A DNA stretch of 64,000 bases from Chiloscyllium plagiosum (Eukaryota): the NCBI RefSeq assembly GCF_004010195.1, contig NC_057719.1:42369820-42433819 (forward strand). The letters run 5' to 3'. The notes under the pieces are model-generated. The model made no database searches. It saw only the letters and a program-made list of their open reading frames with translations, and was not told the DNA's origin. Made by a program: the position numbers and the translations under genes. Below, one piece after another: positions 27,997-41,548 of the stretch (its first letter is position 1; each line of letters opens with the position of its first letter).

Positions 27997-28692
27997 TGTT
28001 AAGACATGGGTAAACCCTTCTGCTTAAATTTAAACCAGCGACACAGAAAAGATTTATCCCGTGCAGTAATCTGTGAAAATTCGAGACGCCAAGAAATATT
28101 TAAAATAAAATTAAAAATTTTATTTCTTAAAGCATAACAGAGAATAATTAAAAACAACTATTTATAATTCCTTCCTCTAACCTAGCTTTTACTTTCCCTT
28201 CTCGAACACTCGTCCGATAAAACCCCCAATTAAGATTTACCAAAATTCAAATTTCAAAGTCAGGCACCTGTCAAAACTTTCATTTGTAACTTCCTCTGTA
28301 GATTTTCTTCTTCTTAGGGAATTCTGTTTCACAGGTCATTGATAGATAAAGGTATCTTTAAGAGAGCTATTTTTCAGGCTGTCTGTACATGCTGATGGCT
28401 TGGCAGTTCTCTCCCAACTGTTCAATTTTTCCCGATCTTATATCCCAAAGCATCAAATTGTTTCAGTAGATTTTAATATTATCAATATACTAAATTCGAA
28501 CTTGATTGGAGGTTGGTATTTTGGGGTATAAATTAAACTGATTGGCTGAATTTGAATTTGTTTGCCTCATAGCAACTCAGTCAGTGCTTGCTAGTGGACA
28601 AAATGCTACATTGTAAATTCTCCAGCACTGTGTGCCTGCTTAGTCCTTCACTCTCTTAAAAAGGTACAGTACACTTCCACACCTTCCTAACA
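27997..28692 (-). repeat. 3' LTR of the Gmr1-like element
   Basis: TGTTA...TAACA ends; direct repeat of 33685-34359; PPT adjacent. Confidence 0.9.
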
Positions 28693-30714
28693 CCAACCCC
28701 ACCTTAAGAAAAAATGAACCATCATAATGAAAAGATGGCTTCATTTTTTTTCTATTCTATAAACACATTACCCTAACATACAGACAACTTTATTCTAAGT
28801 TCACGTTAACTTCTTCCAATATAACTGTATATAACATTAAATAATCTTAGATGGGATTTGTATTTATCAGTTAAATCTGTGATAATGCATCTGCAGTTAC
28901 ATTCTTATGACCTGCAACATGTACAATTTGTAAATTAAAAGTCTGTAACATAAGACTCCAATGAAATGTCTCATATTCTTGTCTTTAAAGCCTTCTAAGA
29001 ATGTAAGAAGATTGTGATCCATGTACACAACCATCTCCAACACATTAATGTGTATGTCACAGACAAAATGTTGTTAGGCCAGTGCCAAACTCAATGGTTC
29101 TTTTCCGATCATGGAGTATTTCTTCTGGTAGATGTTGAGGTTCTTCAAAAAGTAACCAACTGGCGTTCAATCCCATCCTCATCTTCCTGGAGCAGTACAG
29201 CTCCAACTCTTATGTCACTAGCATCAATGATTAAAAAGGTTTTGCAAAGTTTGGTATAGCTAAAATTTGTTTGGTGGTTAATATTGCTTACAAATGGTCA
29301 AATGCCTCCTGGCATTGTTCTGTCCACCGAAACGTTTGTGTCCTTGTTCAGCAAATCAGTTAATGGTACTACTACACTGCTGAAGTTTGAAACAAACGTC
29401 CAATAGAATCCGCTGAGTTCTAAGAATCGAATCGACTCTTTCTACTAGGTTGGTCGTGCAAATTTCTTTATGGCTTTTGTCTTTGCGTCCCGTGGGGTCA
29501 ACCTTCCATGACCGATGTTATGTCCAAGAACATCACCTCTGCATTCGCAAATTCAGTTTTGTTTAAGGTGATTACCAGTTTTGCTTCTCAGTCATTTAAA
29601 GAACTCTGCCAACTGTACCATGTGATCTTTCCAGGACTTAGTAAAGATCCTACATCATCTAAATAGAGTGCAGAGTTTGTTAACCAACTTTCTTCATGAG
29701 TCTTTGGAATGTGGCGGGTGCGTTCGTCATTCCAAAGGGCATCACTTTAAATTGACATAGCCCATTTGGGTTACAAACACAGAAATTTTTTTCGCCGTCT
29801 CTGATAAAGGTACCTGCCAGTAACTCCACATTAAGTCCAACTTGGTGATGTAACTGGCTTGTCCGACTTTCTCGATATAGTCCTCCAATCTAGGAATTGG
29901 ATAGGAGTCTGATTTTGTAATGGCGTTGAATTTCCGATAATCTATGCAGAATCGTTGAGTCCTGTCCGGTTTGGGAACTAAGACGATCGGCGAACTCCAC
30001 TTGCTCTGGCTTGGTTCAATGATATCCTTGTCGAGCATATCCTCCACCTCCTTCTGGTCCAGTCTGCTTTGAAAGGATTAAGCCAATAGGGATGTTTTAT
30101 TGGAGCAGTATTCCCTACATCTACTTCATGTACTAATACCATTAGTCTTCCCCATCAGATTCTTACATATGTCCTTATACTGCAGTAACGAATCTTTCAA
30201 CTGTGTTCTTTGGTCCTGAAACAGTTTACTAACCTATCCCACTCCTCAAGAATTTCTTCATTTTTAATCTACTTTGAGGCATATCAAAATCCACATCATC
30301 TGGATTTGATTCCTCACTCTGCGGGGCAGTAAATATCACTTATTTCTCCAGTTCTTCCTCTCTAGTATAATACGGTGTCAACATATTCATATGATATACC
30401 CAATACCTTTTTTATTCCTATCTGGCATCTTTACTAGATCGTTTACCTGACTCAACTTTTTCTCAATTTGATAGGGATCACTAAACCTGGCTTTGAAGGG
30501 ATGTCCTATCATTGGTAGCAGTACTAACATGTCATTCTTCTCAGGAAAACATCAGAGTCTCAGAACTTTTATCTGCCACCTTCTTCATTCTATGCTGTGC
30601 CCTCTTTAGGTGCTATTTAGCTAACTCACCTACTCAATTTAGTCTCTCCCTCACCTCCGATACATAATCTAAGTGTGAGATCACCAACTCTGGTCCTGTC
30701 AATTTTTCTTTAAT

Positions 30715-31834
30715 ATTCCCCATGGGACACTAGTTAATAAGGTTATATCTCATGGAATACAGGGAGAACTAGCCATTTGGATACTGGCTCAAAGGTAGAA
30801 GACAGAGGGTGGTGGTGGAGGGCTGTTTTGTCAGGTGGTGGTGGAGGCCTGTGACCAGTGGAGTGCCACAAGGATCGGTGCTGGGTCCACTATATAAATG
30901 ATTTGGATGTGAGCAGAAGAGGTATACTTAGTAAACTGTCAGATGACACCAAAATTGAAGGTGTAGTGGACAGCAAAGAAGGTTATCTCAGATTATAACA
31001 GGATCTTCACCAGATGGGCCAATGGGCTGAGAAGTGGCAGATGGAGTTTCATTTTGATAAATGCGAGGTGCTGCATTTTGGGAAAGCAAATTGTAGCCGG
31101 GCTTATACAGTTAATGGTAAGGTCTTGGGGAGTGTTGCTGAACAAAAAGACCTTGGAGTGCAGGTTCATAGCTCCTTGAAAGTGGAGTCGCAGGTAGATA
31201 GGATAGTGAAGAAAGCAATTGGTATGCTTTCCTTTATTGGTCAGAGTACTGAGTACAGGAGTAGGAAGGTCATGTTTCAGCTGTACAGGACATTGGTTAG
31301 GCCACTGTTGCACTATTGTGTGCAATTCTGGTCTCCTTCATATTGGAAGGATGTTGTGAAACCTGAAAGGGTTCAGAAAAGATTTACAAGGATGTTGCCA
31401 GGGTTGGAGGATTTGCGCTATAGGGAGATGCTGAACAGCCTGGGGCTGTTCTCCCTGGAGTGGAGGCTGAGGGTGACCTTAAAGAGGTTTGTAAAATCAT
31501 GAGGGGCATGGATAGGATAAACAGGCAAAGTCTCTTCCCTGGGGTGGGGGAATCCAGAACTAGAGGGCATTGGTTTAGGATTGGGAGGGGAAGATATTAA
31601 AAAAAAAGACCTAAGGGGCAACTTCTTCATGCAGAGGTTGGCAAATGTATAGAATGAGCTTCCAGAGCAAGTGGTGGAGACTAGTATAATTGCAACATTT
31701 AAAAGGCATCTGGATGGGTATATGAATAGGAAGAGTTTGGAGGGATATGGGCTGGCAGGTGGGACTAGATTAGGTTAGGATATCTCGTTGGCATGGACGA
31801 GTTTCCATGCTGTACATCTCTATGACTCGGACTC
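30715..31834 (+). mobile_element. 5'-truncated CR1 (HER1-like) LINE inserted in the Gmr1 integrase
   Basis: CR1 ORF2 C-terminus (WAEKWQMEF, LYRTLVRPLL.YCVQFWSP). The flanks rejoin to integrase EVRGPLKL|IKEKL. Confidence 0.9.
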
Positions 31835-32584
31835 TAATTTTAAAGGGCCTCTCACTTCTTGCCTGAATATTAACTCAAACGGAGTAAACGGAGTAGATTC
31901 CTCCAATGGCAAACAATACGAATGGGTATTTTCACTCAATCACTCAGGTAATCCTCACTGTATGCTCTCAACATAGATTTACAAGGATGTTGCCAGGGTT
32001 GGAGGATTTGTGCTATAGGGAGAGTCTGAACAGGCTGGGGCTGTTCTCCCTGGAGTGGAGGCTGAGGGTGACCTTAAAGAGGTTTGTAAAATCATGAGGG
32101 GCATGGATAGGATAAATAGGCAAAGTCTCTTCCCTGGGGTGGGGGAATCCAGAACTAGACGGCATTGGTTTAGGGTTGGGAGGGGAAGATACAAAAAAAA
32201 GACCTAAGGGGCAACTTCTCCATGCAGAGGGTGGCAAATGTATGGAATGAGCTTCCAGAGCAAGTGGTGGAGACTAGTACAATTGCAACATTTAAAAGGC
32301 ATCTGGATGGGTATATGAATAGGAAGGGTTTGGAGGGATATGGGCTGGCAGGTGGGACTAGATTAGGTTAGGATATCTTGTTGGCATGGACGAGTTGGAC
32401 TGAAGGGTCTATTTCCGTGCTGTACATCTCTATGACTCGGACTCTAATTTTAAAGGGCCTCTCACCTCTTGCCTGAATATTAACTCAAAGGGAGTAAACT
32501 GAGTAGATTCCTCCAATGGCAAACAATACGAATGGGTATCTTCACTCAATCACTCAGGTAATCCTCACTGTATGCTCTCAACAT
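31380..32584. repeat. Tandem duplication of about 600 bp (31380-31974 / 31975-32584)
   Basis: The CR1 3' end plus about 140 bp of integrase occurs twice, with scattered substitutions and a 17-nt indel. Confidence 0.92.
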
Positions 32585-33684
32585 GGTCTTCAAGGTCTGA
32601 TGCCACCTTTCTAAATCTCTCTGGGATTCAGGATGATATGTATTGGATTTAAAGTGCTGTATACCAAAGCTATCTATAACTTCCTTAAAACAACCTAGCA
32701 GTAAAATTTGACCCTCTGTCTGACTGAATCTCTCTGGGTAGCCCATACCGTATGAAGAAAGCTACAACCTCCTCAACCACCTTTTTTGCCTGGATACTCT
32801 GTAATGGAATTGCCTCTGGAAATCTGGTAGACACATCCATTATGGTTAACAAGTATTGATTCCAACTTTTAGTTCTCAGGAGGGGACCTACACAATCAAT
32901 TATAACTCACATGAAAGGTTCTTCAAATGCAGGAATTGGCAAGAAAGGTGCTGGTTTTATTACCGCCTGTGGCTTACCTACCATTTGGCATGTATGACAA
33001 GTACGGCAAAAATTAACAACACCCTTGTGCATTCCAGACCAATAAAAATGTTTCTGTAACTTAGCCTGAGTTTTTCATACCCCTAGGTGACCTCCTAAAG
33101 GTAGTTCATGTGCTATTCATAACACCTCCTGTATGCTACTGGCAACAGAGTCTGGTGCACTTTGGCCCATTTCTCCTCTGCACTAACCTCACTAATCTCT
33201 CTCTTTCTCTCTCCCTTTCTTCTGTCTCTCTTTGGTCAGCTAAGAACCTTCTTTCTCTCTCTTTGTTTATCTTCTAACTCCAATTTCATTAATTGTAGTT
33301 TAAGGTTTTCTACCTCTACTGCACTTATCGGTTCCTCTGACACATCTAATTTACAATTTCAGCTTTACTTTGGTTAAACCCAAATCTAACTTATTTGCTA
33401 ATTCTAAATGTATGTCATTTTTCTTTCGTTAAAACTTCCTTGGCAAATTTGAGAATCATCTTCAAATCCCAGAAGCTCTGTAACAATTTTAAAGAGCCAT
33501 TTCTCTCTCACTTTTAATTTAATCAACCACAAGTCACCGAAATTAAACAAATTGTCTCACCTACGTTTATTTAAAGATCTAGGACACTAACTTGCAAGCG
33601 ATTAAATCTGTTGGGCCTTTTCATACCCCCAAGTCTATTCAAATCTGTTTAAACCAGTTAAAATCCCATCGACGAGGCCTAATC

Positions 33685-34359
33685 TGTTACAACATGGGTA
33701 AACCCTCCTACTTAATTTAAACCAGCAACACAGAAAAGATTAATCCTGTGCAATAACATGTGAAAATTCAAGAGGGCAAGAACTATTTAAAATAAAATTA
33801 ACAACTTTATTTCTAAAAGTAAAAACAGAGAATAAGTAACTAACTCCTTCCTCATTTACTTATTTTTTTACTTTCCCTTCTATAATACTATTCAGATAAA
33901 CCCCCCGATTAAGACTTAGCAAAATTCAAATTTCAAATTTCAAAACCAGGCACCTGTCGAATCTTCCCTTTGCATCTTCCTCTGTAGATTTTCTTCTTCT
34001 TAGGGATTTCTGTTTCACAGGTCATTGATAGATAAAGGTACCTTTAAGAGAGCTAATTTTCAGGCTATCTGTACATGCTGGTGGCTTGGCAGTTCTCCCC
34101 CAACTGTTCATTTTTTTCTCCGGTCTTATACCCCAAAGCACCGAATTCTTTCAGTGGATTTTAATATTGTCAATATACTAAATTCAAAATTATTTTGGGG
34201 TATAATTTAAACTGATTGGCTGAATTCGAATTTATTTTTTGTCTCATAGCAACTCAGCCAGCGCTAGGCCCAAACGTTATATTGTAAATTCTCCAACACT
34301 GCGCCTGTTCAGTCCTTCACTCTTTTAAAGGTATAGTATACTTCTAAACCTTCATAAGA
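33685..34359 (-). repeat. 5' LTR of the Gmr1-like element
   Basis: Direct repeat of 27997-28692; PBS-like sequence adjacent. Confidence 0.9.
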
Positions 34360-36214
34360 GTACAAATCTGTTCTCACAAGTTTTACAGATTTATGAGGGT
34401 TATCATAACAGGTACAAATGAAACAGGTGCAAATGAAAACTTAATAAAAGCAGTGGTTCTCAATTGATTCTCTTCAGATGACAGTTCGTGATATTAGTTG
34501 TCTGAGCACAGATTCCTTTTGTTCTTGTGACTAAATTCTTTTTTTGGTCTTTGGTGCACGAAGCCCCTGAGAATCACAATGTGTTAATCCTTGCTAGCTA
34601 CTACCTACTGTATATGATCAGAGACTCCTGAACTCAAATCAGCTTATCAATGTGTGAACAGCTCTTGGACAATCGTGGATTGGCTAGTGCTCTGATTGGT
34701 TTCTTTAACAGTAACGATCATAATTATACTATTTCCTGATTCATTATATGCTGTTTTTGAAAGTGAGCACTGCAGATTGGTGATTAAAGTTAAGTGTGTG
34801 TTGCTGGAAAGGCACAGCTGGTCAGGCAGCATCCGAGGAGCAGGAAAATTGACATTTCGGGCCAAAGCCCTTCATTATATGACATGTCAATCACTTTGTA
34901 AGCTCATTCCTTTTCTTATGCGTTTATAATCTTAGCTACCAACTCCATTGGTCTTTACCAAGATAGTATGGCATAAATGGACAATTTAGGTGTCTGCTCA
35001 GAGTGTGTAGTTTCAACCCCTGGTGATCTAAATCTCCATAATCTCAGGTGTCCAATTTTATACACTGAAAGTTCTCAAAAACTGATCAATATCCTTTTGA
35101 CTCAAAGAACCACGAGACTATACAACAATAAATTAAAGAACAACATATAAATTCAAAACTAATATACATAGATCTGCTACATACTTTGTTATAAAACTAA
35201 AGTAATTTAAAACATAGCTAAGTAAATCCTTCTTCCTCAAAGCATTCTCACAATTTACATTAGCTTGAACCATAAGAACAACCATAAAACAATGATCTTA
35301 CTTTTGACTTGAGCCATATGGCATTCTTCATTGCCGAAATCATTTAAAATAGAATACAATTTAACTTTTTGCTTTTTAATGTTTTCAGAATTCTTAAGCA
35401 TTCACAAATATACGACCATATTTCTGTTAACCTTTGCATAATAATGTAATACCAAACACATTTACTCATGCTGTTCCTATGTTCCTCATCTCTAATTCTA
35501 CTGTACATCTGCCCAATCTTATTTTGAACGTTGGCAGCTTTTGCCTCACTTACTAATGCTAAAATTGAACTCCATAACCTCTAACTTTCCAGTGAAAAAG
35601 TTCATTTTGCTCTCTGCTCCAAATTTCATGCATTTAATCTTGTATGTCTTGTTCTTTATTTTTTCCATTTCAGTAACTACTGTTAACAGAGCTGTTTTCA
35701 AGCATTACTTTGTATTTAAATTTTGGCATACTATCAAACACATTCCAGGGAAATTGTGTTATTTTTCTCTCGACTGCCTCAAAATTGTTACAAAATTAGA
35801 AAAAATGGGCAATCAATTTCCAACTTCCACTGTCTGATTTTTAATCGTTCAGACATTTCATAGGCTAAAATGCATTTTAATAAAGCATGAAATATTGATT
35901 TGAGAAGGGTGCAGTGATCACTGACGTTAGAGGGAGCCAGTTTGATGGTTTAATGAAACCATCAATTAACAAGGCCCAGTGAACAGAAGTTGACAAGGCA
36001 TCAAAATCACTAAAACCAATATATCATTTATTTGACTTACACCTTTCTTGAAGTTCCAGATATTTGATTGGACATCAATGGGATTCAAGTCAGATTGTCC
36101 AGTATCAGAAGCAAAACATGGAACTTCATAAAATAACTATTTCAAGCCATTGCTTTGGGCAGAGAAAGATGATAGATTCATAACAGCTGACCTGAAAGGT
36201 TTGCTCACTTTCTC

Positions 36215-38275
36215 ACTGTCATAGAGATGTACAGCATGGAAACAAACCCTTCAGTCTAACCCATCCATGCCAACCAGATATCCCAACTCAATCTATTCCT
36301 ACCTGCCAGCACCCAGCCCATATCCCTCCAAACCCTTCCTATTCATATACCCATCCAGATGATTTTTAAATGTTACAATTGTATGAGCCGTCACCACTTC
36401 CTCTGGCAGATCATTCCATACATGTACCACCCTCTGTGTGAAAAAGTCGCCCCTTAGGTCTCTTTTATATCTTTTCCCTCTCACCCTAAACCTATGCCCT
36501 CTAGTTCTGGAATGTCCTACACCAGAGAAAAGACTGCTTATTTATCCTATCCATGTCCCTCATGATTTTATAAACCTCTATAAAGGTTACCCCTCAGCCT
36601 CAGACGCTCCAGGGAAAACAGCCTCAGCCTGTTCAGCCTCTCCCTATAGCTCAAATCCTCCAACCCTGGCAACATCCTTGGAAATCTTTTCTGAACCCTT
36701 TCAAGTTTCACAACATCTTTCCAATAGGAAGGAGACCAGAACTGCAGACTATATTCCAACAGTGGCCTAACCAATGTCCTGTACAGCTGCAACATGTCCT
36801 CCCAACTCCTGAATGCAATACCCTGACCAATAAAAGAAAGCTCACCAAATGCTTATTTCACTATCCTATCTACCTGAGTTCACTTTCAAGGAACTATGGA
36901 CCTGCACTCCAAGGTCTCTTTGTTCAGCAACCAGGACTTTCATTAGGTGTATAAGCCCTGCTAAGATCTGCTTTCCCAAAATGACAGATGTAACTCCATC
37001 TGTCACTTCTCAGCCCACTGGCCCATCTTTCAAGATCCCGTTGTAATCTGAGGTAATTTTCTTCGCTGTCCACTACACCTCCAATTTTGGCGTCAACAGC
37101 AAACTTACTAACTGTACCTCTTATGCTTATATCCAAATCATTTATATAAATGGTGAAAAGTGGAGGTCCCAGCATCAATCCTTGTGGCAATCCACTGGTC
37201 ACAAGCCTCTAGTTTGAAAAACAACCCTCCACCACCACCCTCAGTCTTCTACCTTTGAACCAGTTCTGTATCCAAATGTCTAGTTCTCCCTATATTCCGT
37301 GAGATCTAACCTTGCTAACCAGGTCCCATGGGGAACCTTGTCGAATGCCTTACTGAAATCCATATAGATCACATCTACCACTCTGTCCTCATCAATCCTC
37401 TTTGTTACTTCTTCAAAAAACTCAATCAAGTTTGAGAGACAGGATTTCCCACCCACAAAGCCATGTTGACTATCCCTAATCAGTCCTTGCCTTTCCAAAT
37501 ACATGTACATCCTGTCCCTCAGAATTCCCACCAACAACTTGCCCACCAACAACATCAGGCTCAGTGGTTTATAGTTCCCTGGCTTGTCCGTACCACTTTT
37601 CTTAGAAGTGGCACCATGTTCGCCAACCTCCAGTCTTCTGGCACCTCACCTGTGACTATCGATGATACAAATGTCTCAGCAAGAGGCCCAGCAATCACTT
37701 CTCTAGCTTCCGACAGAGTTTTAGGGTACACCTGATCAAGTCCTGGGGATTTATCCACTTTTATGCGTTTCAAGACATCCAGCACCTCCTGACTTCCCTC
37801 TTAAGTATACTCCTACTTCCTTTATACTCTAAGGATTCACTCGATCTATCGTGTCTATACGTGACATATGCTTCCTTCTTTTTCTTAACCAAACTCTTCA
37901 TTTCTTTAGTCATCCAGCATTCCCTGTACCTACCAGCCTTCCCTTTCACCCTGACAGGAAAATACTTTCTCTGGACTCTCATTATCTCATTGCTGGAAGC
38001 TTCCCATTTTCCAGCCATCCCTTTACCTGCAAACATTTGTACCCTATCAGCCTTTGAAGGTTTTGCCTAATACCGTCAAAATTGGCCTTTCTTCAATTTA
38101 GAACTACAAAATTTAGGTCTGGTCTATCCTTTTCCATCACTATTTTAAAACTAACAGAATTATGGTCGCTGGCCCCAAAGTGCTCCCCCACTGACACCTC
38201 AGTTATCTGCCCTGACTTACTTCCCAAAAGTAGGTCAAGTTTTGCACTTTCTCTGGTAGGTACATCCACATACTG
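36215..38275 (-). mobile_element. CR1 LINE, 5'-truncated, internally deleted
   Basis: Frameshifted ORF2 pieces (YMDFSKAFDKVPH, DKSPG) and the 3' tail. Confidence 0.92.
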
Positions 38276-38720
38276 AAAGCAAACAATGGGGCAAATAAGA
38301 GAGACATACTTTGTCCGTGAACAAGTATATATCTGCAGATGTCACTAATTCGAAGCATACAAATCATTAATGAAATAACCATGCTCTCAGGTTAAAACCT
38401 AACAACTCAAGGACACTTTGCATTTTTAAACTGCATATTTTTGATCTTCCTTTTGGTACCAGATGCTCCCAGCATAGAGGTAATGATAAAACATTAGTTA
38501 GACCATAGTTTGAGTACTGATTACAGTTGACGTATCTGCACTTAAGGATACGCTCTCACAAGAAAGCATATGGAGGAGATTTGTGACGATCCATAAACTG
38601 AGAATAAGAAGATTAAGGAAAGTTTGGAAAGTTTATTTTTCCTCTACTACAGAGGTGGTGAGGGAAGATTTAATTGAGTTGTATAAAAGTAAGAGGTTTC
38701 TAAATAGATTGGATATTAAC

Positions 38721-39035
38721 GGGCAGCACAGTGGCTCAGTGGTTAGCACTGCTGCCTCACAGCACCATGGTTGCACGTTCGATTCCAGCCTCGGGCAACT
38801 GTCTGTGTGGAGTTTGCACATTCTCGCCATGTCTGTGTGGGTTTCCTCCGGGTGCTCCGGTTTCCTCCCACAGTCCAAAAGAGATGTGCAGGTCAGGTGA
38901 ATTGGTCATGCTAAATTGCCCATAGTGTTAGGTACATTAGTCAGAGCAGAGGGAAATGGGTCTGGGTAGGTTACTCTTCAGAGGGTCGGTGTGGACTTGT
39001 TGGGCTGAAGGTCCTGGTTCCACACTGTAGGGAAT
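38721..39035 (+). mobile_element. HE1-type V-SINE
   Basis: Full head gggcagcacagtggctcagtggttagcac, core and tail. Confidence 0.88.
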
Positions 39036-40589
39036 TTAAAAATCTTAAAAAAAAGAACCTGTTTCCTTTAATAGAGAAATCAATAATGTCAGACATAGAG
39101 TGATTGACATGAGGCTGACAGCGTCATTATTGAGCCAAATGTACACCCCAGAGGGATGAGGATCTGGAGATGGGAAATCTAGGGCAAAGAGTTCATTACA
39201 TTCCTGTTGTGCCCAAGAGGGTCAAACTGAGGACAGCTGATTCCTCTTTTTAACCCCGCGAGTTCCCAATTGCCAGCCCTTTATCCTTAGGCCAATAGCT
39301 TATGGCATCCAAGTACACATTCAAGTGATTTTTAAACGTCATCGACATTTCATGTTTAGACAGGCAGCTGCCTCCTATTGTTTAAGCACGACCTGGACTT
39401 AGTTGCTGCTCTTTGCGCTACCTGCAGTTCAGAGGATACTCTGCTATTTTTAACAGGGAGCATATAACAAATGCCAAGTCATTTCCGCATTAATGTAATG
39501 TCAACCTATGACCCTTTCTTTCACCTGTGGATTTTAACCTTTTACACAATAAATTTTATAGCTTGGATTTCCTGATGGCCAGATAGTCATTTCTGCAGCC
39601 TAGAAGGGCGTTGTGTTTTGGAACCTTGTGGAAACCCTGGTGGAGCTGACTCTGAAGGAATTGCCAAGAAACTGAAGATTCCAATTGGTGATTCCCAAGC
39701 ACCTGGAACCCCCTGAAAGTATCCATTTCATTTCGATGTTGGGGGGGTAGGAGACAGGTACTAGGAAAATTTAGAAGATTAAGAATCCAAACTAACTCTT
39801 GGGTTAACTATTAAATTCACCCCCACATCCCAACATACCATTCGCTACCCTACTACACTTCTCCCAGACCCTTTATACCCACTGACCCTAACCAAAAATC
39901 CTCATTCTAATGCCAGAACAGGCATCCCTCCCCTCTAGGACCTGACATGAATACTGATATTTTGATGCATACCTCACCCACTGCTGAAATTGACATTTGT
40001 TGCAGCCACTGGATCTGACGTACTTCGCTTTACCTCCAGATCATTATCCCAAATAATATTCCCTCTAAGCTGTCTGGTTGCGTTTGCAGCCACTCCAAGA
40101 ATCCATGCACGATCCATTTCCAGACGCCACTGCCACACACAAACGCGTCCACACAGAGAGAAAAAAATTATTGAGAATCCCTGTCACCAAGACTTCCTCT
40201 GAGCTGCATGGCTACAGAACATACACAGCTACTGCAAGGATCGGAGCACAGCAATCTGCAAGCCTTCCACAACAGCAGTAGCACCTCTTCTACATGCTGC
40301 CAGATCTGACACCCCCGACTTCCCAAACTTAGCATAGACATTCCATCACTTACTTGGCACCCTATTCATCTTGTTCCCTGGTATCTAATTCAACCGGTAC
40401 CCTACCTACTTGACGCTCTACTGACCTGGCACCTTGCCCAGCTGGTTTCTGGTACATATCACCTGGCACCCTACTTGACTGAGACATTACTAACTTCAAA
40501 CACTGGCACCAGACCACCTGTCACTCTAAGCCCACATTTTTCTGACATAGTTAAACTTTCACAGGGACTATTACTATGGTTTTCTATGC

Positions 40590-41030
40590 TACTTGAAACT
40601 CCACTATTAACATTGCTCCAGTCAAAAAGAAAACAACCATTCTTGACTACTGTATTCCCTCTCATTTAACCAATTTTGTATCCATGTTGCTACTGTCTCT
40701 TTAATTCCATGAGCTATAATTTTTCTAATAAATCTGTTGTATGACACTCTGTCAAATGCCTTTTGGAAGTTCATGCACACCAATTGACAGCAACCTTCTG
40801 TTACTTCAGATAAAAGCTTAAGCAAGTTATTTAAACACAATTTGCCCCAAACAGATTTATGCTGGCTTTCTTTAACTCATCTGTGTTTGACCAAGTAATC
40901 AATACTTTATCTAGAATCAATTTCTAAAAGCTTTCCCATCACCAGGGTTAAACTGACTGGCCTGCAGTTACGGGGCTTATCTTCTTCAAGCCATTTTTTG
41001 AACAAGGGTGCAACATTTGCAATTTTCTGC
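40590..41030 (-). mobile_element. Old CR1 RT fragment
   Basis: CMNFQKAFDRV...HGIK....WIQNWL. Confidence 0.75.
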
Positions 41031-41234
41031 TGTTCCTTCCATTGAACTGAACTACATTTTACTTGATGTTCCCCACTTGTTCTCCCACTCTCAATGGTTA
41101 CTGATAGTATTCATCTCCCAGCAATACTCTGCCCACTGCGCTCGAAACATACAGATTGCAAAGGTGAGCTTTAGCTAATTCTAAAACATGATCCCTACTT
41201 TAACAAGATACATTCTAGTAATACTGAAACTTTA

Positions 41235-41548
41235 GATTAGATTACTTACAGTGTGGAAACAGGATCTTCAGCCCAACAGGTCCACACCGCCCCGCCCCAC
41301 CGAAGCGCAACCCACCCATACCCTTACATTTACCCCTTATCTAACACTACTGGCAATTTAGCATGGCCAATTCACCTGACCTGCACATCTTTGGACTGTG
41401 GGAGGAAACCGGAGCACCCGGAGGAAACCTACGCAGACACGGGGAGAACGTGCAAACTCCACACAGTCAGTCGCCTGAGGCGGGAATTGAACCCGGGTCT
41501 CCGGCGCTGTGAGGCAGCAGTGCTAACCACTGTGCCACCGTGCCACCC
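41235..41548 (-). mobile_element. HE1-type V-SINE (young copy)
   Basis: CpG-rich full-length copy. Confidence 0.88.

Larger units (their letters stand above)
27997..34359 (-). mobile_element. Gmr1-like Ty3/Gypsy LTR retrotransposon, degenerate (order gag-IN-RT-RNaseH)
   Basis: LTRs at 27997-28692 and 33685-34359; flanks GTAT/GTAC look like a 4-bp TSD with one change. PPT at about 28693-28710; degenerate tRNA-Pro-like PBS at about 33664-33683. Integrase HHCC (AHELPLGGH...CHTC) at about 32985-33130, core YHPESQ..LERWHQTLK, RT (SSPIVLVPK, FCIDYRK, YLDD near 29660), RNaseH (DASDIRVGAVL near 29210). Confidence 0.9.
5712..36136 (-). pseudogene. Unidentified multi-exon gene or decaying pseudogene, convergent with ADSS1
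   Basis: Candidate GT-AG exons on - strand: 36041-36136, 35302-35423, 25827-26071, 25683-25750, 20399-20594, 16145-16225, 15729-15832, about 14882-15621, 10048-10106, 9890-9968, 6156-6193, and terminal 5712-5957 with AATAAA at 5699-5704. Several consecutive exons are phase-compatible and open; others contain stops. Confidence 0.55.

Noticed and set aside
38721..38800. tRNA-like sequence (also at the other SINE heads)
   Set aside because: These are the tRNA-derived heads of V-SINEs, not tRNA genes.
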